A DNA stretch of 64,000 bases from Flectonema sp. DT1601 (Eukaryota). Under the pieces are notes generated by a model. It had not been told where the DNA came from. It saw only the letters and a list, made by a program, of their open reading frames with translations, and did no database searches. How positions within the stretch are numbered: the first letter of the stretch is position 1; every line of letters starts with the position of its first letter. Shown here piece by piece: positions 11,767-21,962 of this stretch. The stretch is taken from contig OZ025785.1 in assembly GCA_964019425.1 (NCBI GenBank), forward strand, positions 496,001-560,000. Reading direction: 5' to 3'. The position numbers and the translations under genes are program-made.

Positions 11767-11815
11767 AAATCCATGTTTGAGAACCGACAGGGAGTCGGCA
11801 AATTTCAAAATTACC
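11766..11815 (+). repeat. 50-bp direct repeat, right boundary of composite insertion (partner 4986-5035)
   Basis: Direct sequence comparison with 4986-5035. Confidence 0.9.
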
Positions 11816-11883
11816 CAACTCGAATGCTGATGATAAAATAAAATCATTTCATTTATTCGAACACAAGGTCTCAACAAAAAAAA

Positions 11884-12746
11884 ATGTCACTTTCAGTCTC
11901 TACGAGATTACTCGACAATACGATTGTTATTAGTGATGTACACCACAACACGACAGTTAATTCATTAAAAGAAGACATAGCCGATCAATGTAATCTAAAT
12001 GTCAATAAATTTAATCTGCTATTGGAAGGCGATGAACTGATTGACACAAAGTTGGTATGTTATTTGTATAAAATATTATTTTCTATCTTCGATAAACAAC
12101 CTCTTTAGACACTAATACTCATCAGGTCATGTCGTATCCAGTCTCTGGTGATAGTGAACTTGTCCTTGAAGTAGCTAAAGAACTGAATATTGAAAGTAAA
12201 TACCTGCGTTCGGGTTGCAGTTGGTGGTCAGGTCATTATATAAAACTGTCGTCTGAAGAAGTCACTGCGACTTATGAAATTTGTTGTGAACGAAAATCTG
12301 AGTTTATTGGTGCTTTTTCCAACAGTAGGAAACCATGGGGTCATTCACAAGCTGATGCTTTGACTTGGTATGGATCTCCTAGTAGGAAAGATTTCACATT
12401 TAGATGCCGAGTATTTAAAACTTTTCCACGTTGTCAGAACTACCAACCAATGCTACTCACTGCTGGTAAGTGGCATCGAATTGAGGTTCGCATCTCACAA
12501 GATTACTGTAAATATTTCATTGACGATTCTTTAGTCGCTTCAATGTCTCCAGCGAACACTTCAGATTGTCCTCAAGAAGGTTACTTTGGATTTACGACTT
12601 ATACGACAGGATATTCTTTTAGGAATTTTGAAATACACCTTCCTGAAGGATTGCCTTTCAGAGATGATGTTGACTATTTAGCTGATCATTACAGAGCTCT
12701 TAGGTCAGGTTCATCAAGTAAGGGTTGTTGTTGTCTTGTTCAGTAA
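11884..12746 (+). CDS. Ubiquitin-like domain + ConA/lectin-like beta-sandwich + C-terminal CaaX; exons 11884-12054, 12126-12746
   Basis: Intron 12055-12125 (GTATGT..CAG) joins the two ORFs in frame. UBL pattern TTVNSLKEDIA...LLLEGDELID; GKWHRIEVRI...YFIDD...GYFGF beta-sandwich; ends CCCLVQ. Confidence 0.8.
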
Positions 12747-12858
12747 TCCTTTATTTTTTATTTTTTTAGTTTTTTAATTTTTATTTTTTTTTCTGTATTC
12801 GTATCGACAATAGTAATCGACTCGGCGATAAACTCTTACCAAAATACAAGTAGAGTGA

Positions 12859-13360
12859 ACCATTATTCTCAAAAAGTGAAAAAAGAAATAACAGCCGTAG
12901 CGAAACTCATCTATGAAAACAGATGCTACGAAAGACATCAAAAGAAAAGAGAAAAAGTGATGTTGTTCTGTTCAGTTATTACACTTCTTGTTTGATAGTA
13001 ATGTTCTCTTTTTTTGTCACCACACCGTTGTGTTCTCTACGCTATCCACACACACTCTGGTCGACTTGGATGAATTATTTCTTTTTAACCATTATTCTCA
13101 AAAGTGAAAAAACAGCCGTAGCGAAACTCATCTACGAAATGCGACTTTTTGCGAGTTCGCCATGCGACGAAAAGACATCAAAAGTAAAGAGAAAAAATGA
13201 TGTTGTTCTGTTCAGTTATTACACTTCTTGTTTGATAGTAATGTTCTCTTTTTTGTCACCACACCGTTGTGTTCTCTACGCTATCCACACACACTCTCTG
13301 GTAGACTTGGATGGTGATAATGTAAATTTAATTATTTTCTTTTTAACAATTATTTCTCAA
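12859..13360 (+). repeat. Imperfect tandem duplication of about 230-260 bp (2 copies plus start of a third)
   Basis: accattattctcaaaa...acagccgtagcgaaactcatcta...gatgttgttctgttcagttattacac recurs at about 12859 and 13088, with a partial start at about 13345. Confidence 0.85.
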
Positions 13361-13382
13361 AATAAAAAAAAGGTTAATAAAG

Positions 13383-14261
13383 ATGACGAAGTCGAATCAC
13401 ATAACTATTCCGTCGACGAAATCAGATGCAACGAAAGACATCATAAAAGAAACGGAAAGGATGCTGTTTCACTGTCGAACTAAATATTCTGCAGTCCTTG
13501 ATAAAGTGGCAATCAAACCAATATCAGAAGTCGATATTAATAATTTTGCGGCATCGTTTGCGAATTTACAGTCCAGTAATCCACTTTTCGACGGTAAAAG
13601 TAACGACGAAGACCGAAAATCATATGGGTGTTACTTATGGGAAAGAGCTGTAGCGTTAAGCCCTTGGTGTCCAATTGCTGTTGAAAAAGACAGTGGAAAG
13701 TGTGTTGGTATGATAATTTCATATCCGGCTCAGGCAAAACTATCAAACAGCGAATACGAATCACGTCTACCTACTGTCTGTAGTACTCATTGGAATGCTA
13801 CTCTGGATGTTGAAAGAGAAGTTGTAAAACGATGGAATGCCAACAGTTCTCATTCAGATTCTGATATATCAAATATCCTTTTAAGAATAGCTTACGGTGG
13901 TATTGATCCATTATACAGAGGGTCTGTTGGCCTGTATCAGTTACTTGCTGCTGAGACTCAAGACAGTGCTTGTAAGGCAGGCTTTACTAATGTTTGGTCA
14001 TTTACATTTAACCCTGCGTTCTATAAAAAAATAATAAACAAATCGATTCCGTTCAGTTCATTGTCGGGGATTGTGTTGTCAATGGTAACTTATTCATTAA
14101 ATAATTTAAACACGTCAATACTTGAGAATATCGCCTTGCCAACTGCTCTTCGGATTTTAGGAATGCAGAGCGTACCTTTATACTGTATCCGAACACCAAC
14201 AGCAAGTTTATTAACTTGCGTATGGACCTGTGGACAAGATCCTATGCTTGCAAAGATGTAG
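13383..14261 (+). CDS. GNAT-family N-acetyltransferase-like protein
   Basis: LRIAYGGIDPLYRGSVGLYQLL...ACKAGF resembles the acetyl-CoA-binding motif A. Upstream IAVEKDSGKCVG hairpin. Confidence 0.65.
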   Translation: MTKSNHITIPSTKSDATKDIIKETERMLFHCRTKYSAVLDKVAIKPISEVDINNFAASFANLQSSNPLFDGKSNDEDRKSYGCYLWERAVALSPWCPIAVEKDSGKCVGMIISYPAQAKLSNSEYESRLPTVCSTHWNATLDVEREVVKRWNANSSHSDSDISNILLRIAYGGIDPLYRGSVGLYQLLAAETQDSACKAGFTNVWSFTFNPAFYKKIINKSIPFSSLSGIVLSMVTYSLNNLNTSILENIALPTALRILGMQSVPLYCIRTPTASLLTCVWTCGQDPMLAKM

Positions 14262-14409
14262 GATGCTTTGTTTTTTTATAAATTTCATACCTGGGGAGAA
14301 GAATATACCATGTAATCAACATGGTTGGCTTCGAAATTAATATCAAATTCACTTTTTTCCCTTTGCCCCGAATCCCTATATTCGACAGCACATATGGGAT
14401 TTTTTATAG

Positions 14410-14760
14410 ATACCAATTGTTGATTTTCTTATATTGCAATCAGGTTTTTGACCGAAATCTTATTTTCGTTTTAGCCAGTTTTCAAGTTGCTTTATATTTT
14501 TAATCATAGTATCAAGTTACCCCCCTTTTTTCTTTTTTGTACCAACGTAGATTGAAAAGCCGTTATTTCTTATGGTCATGATTTATTTTCCCTTTCAACG
14601 AAATATAAGGCTAATCTGAATGTTTTTTTTTTTTTCACCGACGAAGTCGGAAGAAAAGAAATTTTTTCATATCGGAAACAGTTTTTTTATTAATTATGGA
14701 TCATCGGTAGAAGTACCGTCTGTGATACAATAAAATATAAGAAACTGTTGTGTCTGAATG
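14410..14760 (+). repeat. Dispersed intergenic repeat family copy
   Basis: taccaattgttgattttcttatattgca...tagtatcaagttaccc...ccgacgaagtcgg, shared with about 53020-53490. Confidence 0.75.
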
Positions 14761-15455
14761 TTTTTTTCTCTTTTTTTTTTTTCTTCCCCCTACAAACTTA
14801 ATAAGGCGGAATCATTTCGAAGCTATAACAAAACAATCCTAATAAGAATGGGAGTCTAATTACGTTGATGTTGTCCTCGTAGCTCTGGAGAGTTAACCCG
14901 ATGCTCTTTAGTTTACTGGCGATGCACAGTACGCAATGTATTGGACTTCCTTATCTATCTATCTAATCATTTAGGTTACACGATTTGATTGTGTTATGTC
15001 TTATAATACCGATACTAACACTGATTGATGAAAGAAAATAAAACAAAAAAAAAAATGATTCCTCTGATATCTATTTATTGTATGGTTAGCTTATGTTGAT
15101 TTACTGAGCTGGTTGGGTCTTCCTTACTAAGTTGATGTTTCGTGATGGACGATTTACTTCTAAGTTAAGATATAGACAACTCGAAAACCTGATCATTAGT
15201 TATTTTATTTTATTTTTTCTGATAACTGTTGTGCCTCTTTGGCACTTCATTGTGCGCTCCGTGTGTGTGCGTTAACCATTATCATGTTTATGGTGTGCCT
15301 TTGGTATTCATTATTGTTGTTGAGTTGTAGAAGATAGTCACATTGCGTTGTGTGTGATTTGATCTTATTGAGTTGGTTGTTTTTTTTCTTTTTAAAAATC
15401 TATTCTATGGGGGTCAGTTTTTCTTAACAAAAAAAAGAAAAAAAAAAAAAAAAAT

Positions 15456-16448
15456 ATGAAAAAACGATTTCGAAAACCTTCAAAACTCAACACCGAGCCA
15501 TCTCTCATAACAAGACCAGTCATGTGGCCTGAGAAATCTATATCAGGAGGAGTCACATACGGACCCGTTCCTTTTGTTCAACCGTATACTGGATACCCAG
15601 CCATACCTATTGATAAAGGCATTAAAATAGTTTCATGGAACGTTAATGGTATTGACAGAATGATGAGATTAAATGCAAGTTTGATTGAGCAAATATCGAT
15701 TAGAGAACATCCTCAAGTTATTTGCATTCAAAAAACTAAATTAGAAGAAAACAACGATCTCTTAGATGAGATGATGTCTCGTAAATATGTTCCACATTAT
15801 AATTGCTCAAAAATAAGGAAAAAATACGGAGGTGTAGTCACGTTTTTATCAAAGAATATTGAAGTAGAAGAAATAATTCACGGCATACCTGGGGCACCTG
15901 AATTCTCCAATGAGGGAAGGTTGACTACTGTTATTTTACCTAAAATGATGATTTTAAATGTGTTATTTCCTTCTTCTGGTAAGAACCTAAATAGGCATAG
16001 TGATAGAATAAATATTTGGGATGTCGCTTTCAAAAATTATGCATCAAAACTACTTGAAATCTGTCGAGAACAAGACAAACATTTAGTTATAGCGGGTGAC
16101 TTCGCGGTGGCAGCAGAGTTGCGAGACATGTCTCCAATTCGTCAAAAACCAAACTCATCCGGTTGTACAATTGAAGAAAGAAATAATTTCACTTCCCTAC
16201 TAAACATCGGACTTAGTGATACATTTCGGAAATACGTTTACGAAACAGACTGGTACACATACTGGCCCTCAACAGATGCCTCAAGGGAAAGAAATATGGG
16301 AATGCGTCATGACTACATACTTGCTTCTCCTTCTTGTTATGACTTGTGTATACACAGTTGTGTACTGAATGCTTATCACGGATCAAATCATTGCCCTGTT
16401 GTCGCTTCGTTCTCATGGAAGCTTCCAAAGGTCTTATCATCATGTTAG
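15456..16448 (+). CDS. ExoIII/APE1-family AP endonuclease-like protein with several catalytic substitutions
   Basis: Motifs IVSWNVNG, CIQKTK, YGGV, EGR, GDFAVA, DTFR, YTYW, RHDYIL, GSNHCPV in ExoIII order. Confidence 0.9.
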   Translation: MKKRFRKPSKLNTEPSLITRPVMWPEKSISGGVTYGPVPFVQPYTGYPAIPIDKGIKIVSWNVNGIDRMMRLNASLIEQISIREHPQVICIQKTKLEENNDLLDEMMSRKYVPHYNCSKIRKKYGGVVTFLSKNIEVEEIIHGIPGAPEFSNEGRLTTVILPKMMILNVLFPSSGKNLNRHSDRINIWDVAFKNYASKLLEICREQDKHLVIAGDFAVAAELRDMSPIRQKPNSSGCTIEERNNFTSLLNIGLSDTFRKYVYETDWYTYWPSTDASRERNMGMRHDYILASPSCYDLCIHSCVLNAYHGSNHCPVVASFSWKLPKVLSSC

Positions 16449-16484
16449 TTCAGTAATCGTATCGAAGATGTTTGATTTGTTATA

Positions 16485-16515
<31 letters not shown>

Positions 16516-16561
16516 TTATGCAGTTCCTCTGTTTTAGCGCCGTCGGCGCACACAATCGAAT

Positions 16562-16761
16562 GGTAGCAACGCCCATTGGAAACAAGTATTCCATCCTCTT
16601 TTTAAAAGTGAGGGGGATTCTTCAATAATTTCCGAAAGTAAAAAACTGATATGTGAATTCTATCCGGAAGTGAAGAGGGGTCCAGTGGGTGAAACTCTTC
16701 TTCACAGATTGATATTAGGTCATCCTGATAAGGGGAAAGAGAATAAGTTGAGAAAGGTATT
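16562..16761 (+). pseudogene. Fragment of the TRP channel 5' coding region fused to the LRR-2 upstream region
   Basis: Matches about 9192-9400 with a short deletion. Confidence 0.85.
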
Positions 16762-16815
16762 TATGTATCCTTTTAATTAATTCTTCATCACTAGAAACTC
16801 ATCCAGTTAAAAATA

Positions 16816-18783
16816 ATGGCAACTGTCGATTCCCTGTCCTCTGTTTTGAGGAGCCATCAGAGGTTCATGGCGAAGCTGCTGGTGGAAGTGGTGAGTCGGA
16901 AGGAGGAGTCGGGGGCGCTGATGGACAGCTTTTCAGAAGTTCTCAGATCGTCGGAGGAGATCATGGTTGGAATGACGGATGCTGAGGCTGCGACTGAATT
17001 GACGACGTACAAGGAAGTACACCGGGTGGCGAGGGAGAAGGAGTCGGCGAAGTTGGTGGAAGGAAGCTCGCGATTACTGGGAACCCTTTCCTTGCATCCT
17101 GACATGAAGTGTGCCGATATCGGGTTTGTTAAAGCTGATCTCAAGGGGGACGGGAAGTTGGAGTTGGTCGAAGATGACCTGAGGAATGTATTCTCGTCCA
17201 CCTGCTTCCCTCGGCTGCTGAACGAGGATGAGTATTTCAACACACTTCAAATTGGTTACTTGGGCATGGGTGAAACAGAAGAGGGTGTCCCAGCCCAACT
17301 CAGGAAGGAACTCTTCCTGCTGCTGGACTGGCCGAGACTCTCCCACTCGTCGAAGGAAGAAGTCAGATCCCAATTTGACAACACCTCATGGGGTGCTGAG
17401 ATCCTCCGTGAGCTGGAAGATTCGAACAACTGGGGTACTGTGAAAAGAACATACAAATGGCCTGAACGTGTTGTGACTGCAGAAAAGTTGAGAACTTCAC
17501 ATCTTCGTACTCGAATTGACATTTTATTCTCACAAAATCCCGACATGTTGTGTGTCCTCGATGCCTCAGAATATATCGACGATGAAGGCACCCTTTCCAG
17601 TGATTGTGTTGAGATGCTTCCGTCTTGCATCCGTCGGTTGTCATTCACCAACTGCGGCCGTTGCACTGCATTTGAAAAGCATTTCCTGTCAGGCAGTTGT
17701 GACTCGCTGACGTCAATCGATTTCACTTCTTTTCACAATGTGACGGCCATCCCCAGCAAGTGCTTGAGCAACTTGAAGTCTCTGACTCACATTAATTTGT
17801 GTTCCTTGAGTGAAGTTACGATCGTTGGCAATGACTTTATGAGTAACTGTGAGTCCCTCACCTCCATCGATGTTTCTGGTTTGAAGAAGCTGACTGAAAT
17901 AGGAAATGGATTCTTGCGTAATTCAAATTCCCTGACTAGCGTGGATTTGTCTTCCTTCAGTGAAGTTACGAGCATTGGCTATTACTTTATTTGTCACTGT
18001 GAGTCCCTCACCTCCATCGATGTTTCCGGTTTTCAGAAGCTGACTACAATAGGAAATGGTTTCTTGCTTAATTCAAAGTCTCTGACTAGCGTAGACTTGT
18101 CTTCCTTGAGTGAAGTTACGAGCATTGGCTATTACTTTATTAGTAACTGTAAGTCCCTCACCTCCATCGATGTTTCCGGTTTTCAGAAGCTGACTACAAT
18201 AGGAAATGGTTTCTTGCATAATTCAAAGTCTCTGACTAGCGTAGACTTGTCTTCCTTGAGTGAAGTTACGAGCATTGGCTATTACTTTATTAGTAACTGT
18301 AAGTCCCTCACCTCCATCGATGTTTCCGGTTTTCAGAAGCTGACTACAATAGGAAATGGTTTCTTGCATAATTCAAAGTCTCTGACTAGCGTAGACTTGT
18401 CTTCCTTGAGTGAAGTTACGAGCATTGGCGATAACTTTGTTAAAAACTGTGAGTCCCTCACCTCCATCGATGTTTCCGGTTTTCAGAAGCTGACTAAAAT
18501 AAGAAATGGATTCTTAAGTTATTCGAAGTCTCTGACTAGCGTGGATTTGTCTTCCTTTAGTGAAGTTTCGAGTATTGACTGTAACTTTTTTAGTAACTGT
18601 GAATCCCTCACCTCCATCGATGTTTCTGGTTTGAAGAAACTGCCGGCAATTAAATATAGATCTACGCCAATAATAAAAAAAGGTTTCCTGAAGGAAACAA
18701 AACTGACTAAGAAAAATGTCAAGGGATTGGAGGAGTGCTGCAAAGACGTTAAATGGGAATTTCGGAAGTTAAATATATTCTAA
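16816..18783 (+). CDS. BspA-type LRR protein, paralog 2 (655 aa)
   Basis: Same N-terminus as 6337 with a different repeat array. Confidence 0.9.
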   Translation: MATVDSLSSVLRSHQRFMAKLLVEVVSRKEESGALMDSFSEVLRSSEEIMVGMTDAEAATELTTYKEVHRVAREKESAKLVEGSSRLLGTLSLHPDMKCADIGFVKADLKGDGKLELVEDDLRNVFSSTCFPRLLNEDEYFNTLQIGYLGMGETEEGVPAQLRKELFLLLDWPRLSHSSKEEVRSQFDNTSWGAEILRELEDSNNWGTVKRTYKWPERVVTAEKLRTSHLRTRIDILFSQNPDMLCVLDASEYIDDEGTLSSDCVEMLPSCIRRLSFTNCGRCTAFEKHFLSGSCDSLTSIDFTSFHNVTAIPSKCLSNLKSLTHINLCSLSEVTIVGNDFMSNCESLTSIDVSGLKKLTEIGNGFLRNSNSLTSVDLSSFSEVTSIGYYFICHCESLTSIDVSGFQKLTTIGNGFLLNSKSLTSVDLSSLSEVTSIGYYFISNCKSLTSIDVSGFQKLTTIGNGFLHNSKSLTSVDLSSLSEVTSIGYYFISNCKSLTSIDVSGFQKLTTIGNGFLHNSKSLTSVDLSSLSEVTSIGDNFVKNCESLTSIDVSGFQKLTKIRNGFLSYSKSLTSVDLSSFSEVSSIDCNFFSNCESLTSIDVSGLKKLPAIKYRSTPIIKKGFLKETKLTKKNVKGLEECCKDVKWEFRKLNIF

Positions 18784-21164
18784 AATATGAGATGACCACC
18801 TTCAGCCAGTTGGTAAGTAATTAGCTCCCGTCACTGTACTCACTTGGGAAAGTAATTATTCGAATTGAAAACACCGTATTCGGAACTCCTGCTGATACAT
18901 TGATGACTTCTGTTGCATACAGCATAAGAAAAGCTAGTTACCCTGGAGCACCCCCAACCATTTTTGATTTTGTAATAACCGCCCCGTTCTGAAGCTATTT
19001 GTGTAGTAAACGCTAGTTTGCCGTATTGGGTTTTATTGACCGATTGTTATGCAACTGAACGCAGAAAGGTATTTTCCGTGTGTTTGCTTTTTGGTCATTG
19101 GTTGTCTTTTCGTACGTCTCGTTAAATATTTCAGCTATTTGTGTTTCGGAACTGTTTTGATGAAAATAATTTGATTCTCTCATTTATTCTTTTCAGGTTT
19201 CCAAATGGAGGAATCACAAAACCACATATTATTGGATTTACCTCTCAAATTAGATGACCAGTGTTATTAAAGGAAATAGTATGTCACGCCTACAGTCAGG
19301 GACTCACAGTGAATTATAAAAGAAATTGTCAATCATAATCGTAACTTCACTAAAGGAAGTCAAATCAACATGAGTCAGAGACTACAAGTTGTTCAAGAAC
19401 TTGACGGAGGGAAGTCCGTCACATTGTGAAAAGTTACCATTGAAACAATATCTTGTTGATCGTCTAAAACAGCAGGTGTTTGTTTAGAGTAGTGACGCAG
19501 CATTATTTCAGCGACTTCCATAGAACCCATCGCAGCTGCCAAGGACAAGGGATATTCACCAAAGTACGTTCTGGATACTCCAGGAGCAAAGGTAGAACCG
19601 TATGCTCTAGAGCACAAGTCTGCCCCCAGCGACAGTAGTTTTTGGAGGAAGAGAAGTGGGAGCAAAGTCTGATAAAGGGAAAAACTTGATATCGCGAGAT
19701 ATTCACATGCTGGATAATTGGTAGAAGAACAGCCGATTAGCAAAGTAGGATATGGTACCCGTCGGAGATATCGTTCGCTACCCGCCGACGGCGACTTCTA
19801 AATTATTTCTCTCGGTGCAGTGTTGGTGGCAAATTACCTAAATTAAACATCGGATCCCTCCTGTCTCTATCGATGTTTCCAGAAAAATTACTGTCGCTGG
19901 GGGCAGTATTGACAATTTCTTTTTATAATTCACTGTGAGTCCCTGACCTCTATCGATGTTTCCAGACTTGAGAAGGTGACTACAATAGGAAGAGGTTTCG
20001 TTGGGTATTGAAAACTGACCATAAGAGATGTCAAGCTTAACTTTAGGAACTTGATATTTTGGAAGTTAGGTTTATTTTAAAGTAAACGTGAATATGAGAA
20101 TACTCTTGAAATCGAACCCAACAATCAAAATTCCATTCAGGTAATTTGCCACCGATAAAACTTATGTCTGCGGTATCGAATCCTTAAAAGTCTATCGCAT
20201 TGCTATTGTATTGCAGATCGATAATATAACCACCGTTTTCTTATTTTACTAAAGTTAATTTGAGTTTTATTTTATTATACTGATGGATATTTGTACTCCT
20301 TTATCAGTTCTCACTCTCCTGTACTCATGTACAACTCAATCGAACCCTGTCTGAAAGTGGATAAGAATATTTGTGAAATCATATTTTTAACGTGACAATC
20401 ATTATAAATTCTTAACACTTGTGTTCTACTTTTTTGAGTTTCCTTTTCGTGTTTCACATTCAGATCGCGAGATCTCTGAGTGGAACTCTCAGAAGAGCTA
20501 CCGTCAGGACAATTCTTGCCATCGTGATTTGGACCCCCACGTGTGATAATCCTTGGTCTCCCTGCACCCACACGGTATATCGTTTTTAGCATCTCAGGCC
20601 TTTCTGTCTATTTTTTCACTGCTTTTCACAATGTGACGGCCATCCCCATCAAATTCATGAACAACTTGAAGTCTCTGACTCACATTAATTTGTGTTCCTT
20701 GAGTGAAGTTACGATCGTTGGCAATGACTTTATGAGTAACTGTGAGTCCCTCACCTCCATCGATGTTTCTGGTTTTCAGAAACTGACTACAATAGGAGAT
20801 AGGTTCTTGTATAATTTAAAGTCTCTGACTAGCGTGGACTTGTCTTCCTTGAGTGAAGTAACGAGCATTAGCGATGACTTTATTAGTGACTGTGAGTCCC
20901 TCACCTCCATCGATGTTTCTGGTTTGAAGAAGCTGACTGCAATAGGAAATGGATTCTTAAGTTATGCTCGCTGAAATAATGCTGCGTCACTACTCTAAAC
21001 AAACAACTGCTGTTTTAGACGATCAACAAGATATCATTTCGATAGTTACTTTTCACAATGTGACGGCCATCCCCAACAAGTTCTTGAACAACTTGTGGTC
21101 TCTGACTCACGTTAATTGACTTCCTTTGTGAAGTTACGATTATGATGACAATTTCTTTTATAAT

Positions 21165-21184
21165 TGACTGTGAGTCCCTGACCT
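21165..21184 (+). repeat. 20-bp target-site duplication tgactgtgagtccctgacct (further copies 21246-21265 and 21963-21982)
   Basis: Three exact copies. An uninterrupted empty site with matching flanks lies at 19930-19949 (1 mismatch). Confidence 0.92.
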
Positions 21185-21245
21185 GTGCCTCGTCATCTCA
21201 CCGTGCTAGCAAGCCTGAATGACAGCACTCAAAATGGTACATATA
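21185..21245 (+). mobile_element. 61-bp insertion between target copies, possibly a 5'-truncated retroelement 3' end
   Basis: Absent from the empty site. Can fold gtgc/gcac, gtcat/atgac, tca/tga. Confidence 0.6.
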
Positions 21246-21265
21246 TGACTGTGAGTCCCTGACCT

Positions 21266-21338
21266 GGGTAACGAAACTCGGATAGCGCGCCTCCTCGTGG
21301 TGTTACCTGGATGCACCTTGTGTGTAACTAGAGTGCTG
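21266..21338 (+). ncRNA. HDV-like self-cleaving ribozyme
   Basis: P1 GGGUAAC (21266-72)/GUUACCU (21302-08) with G1-U wobble; P2 UAGCGC (21283-88)/GUGCUG (21333-38); P3 GCC/GGU with L3 UCCUCGU; GG (21309-10) for P1.1; P4 UGCAC/GUGUA; J4/2 ACUAGA with catalytic-position C21328. Confidence 0.85.
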
Positions 21339-21962
21339 ACGTATTGTTGTTGTTGCTGTGTATTCTTTTACCCCCGTTTTATTTTCCGGTAGCCTAACCT
21401 TTAAAAAAAAAGGACAACATAGCAGAAGGTCAGGTGATCCGGCCCGGGATACTCAGGCACCCGGAGCTCACAGGGGCCACCGGGTTTTTATTTTTTCCTT
21501 AGTGGCATGATTTCCCTTTACCCCCATTTCCTTCAAACTTCCCCCGTTTAGTCTTTTCACGCATGGGGGGATTATAAGTTCAGGTCGCCTGAAATGTATT
21601 AACAGTATCAGCCCCGCGAGTTACTCGGGGAGCTCCCATGCAATGTGTGGAGAAAGAGGCCATCCCTCCCCCTACCTCTCTGCTTTACTACGTCGTTTTT
21701 TGTGTGTGGCATTTCTTTTCTTATATTCTTTTCTTTTCAATCTTGTTCCTTCACACGCGGTTGTTCGAGCGGTTGTGAACCACCTTGGGTCTCTTACGGT
21801 CTCCAAGCTACTGTTGTGCGAAGAAACAAATCTGTTGGTGCGGTGGCCTTCCGACGCCACCTGGACCGCAACTCGTTCACAGTGCCCTACCCGGTTCTCC
21901 ACCGGACCGCCTGAGCGACGGGATCCATGGGATTCAAACCCCTAAACACTGGTTAATTTTTT
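21266..21962 (+). mobile_element. 697-bp non-autonomous non-LTR-type retroelement (SINE/SIDE-like) with 5' HDV-like ribozyme
   Basis: Flanked by the exact 20-bp duplication and absent from the empty site. No credible ORF. Starts at ribozyme G1 and ends in an oligo-T run. Confidence 0.8.

Noticed and set aside
12923..13483. 186-aa ORF with internal repeat
   Set aside because: Arises from the non-coding tandem duplication and overlaps the GNAT start out of frame.
15456..16448. APE gene as the endonuclease of an autonomous non-LTR element
   Set aside because: No downstream RT, no element boundaries, cellular ExoIII-type motifs and degenerate catalytic residues.
21420..21490. H/ACA snoRNA or hammerhead ribozyme within the element
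   Set aside because: No ACA/AGA box at the required distance and no CUGANGA/GAAA core.
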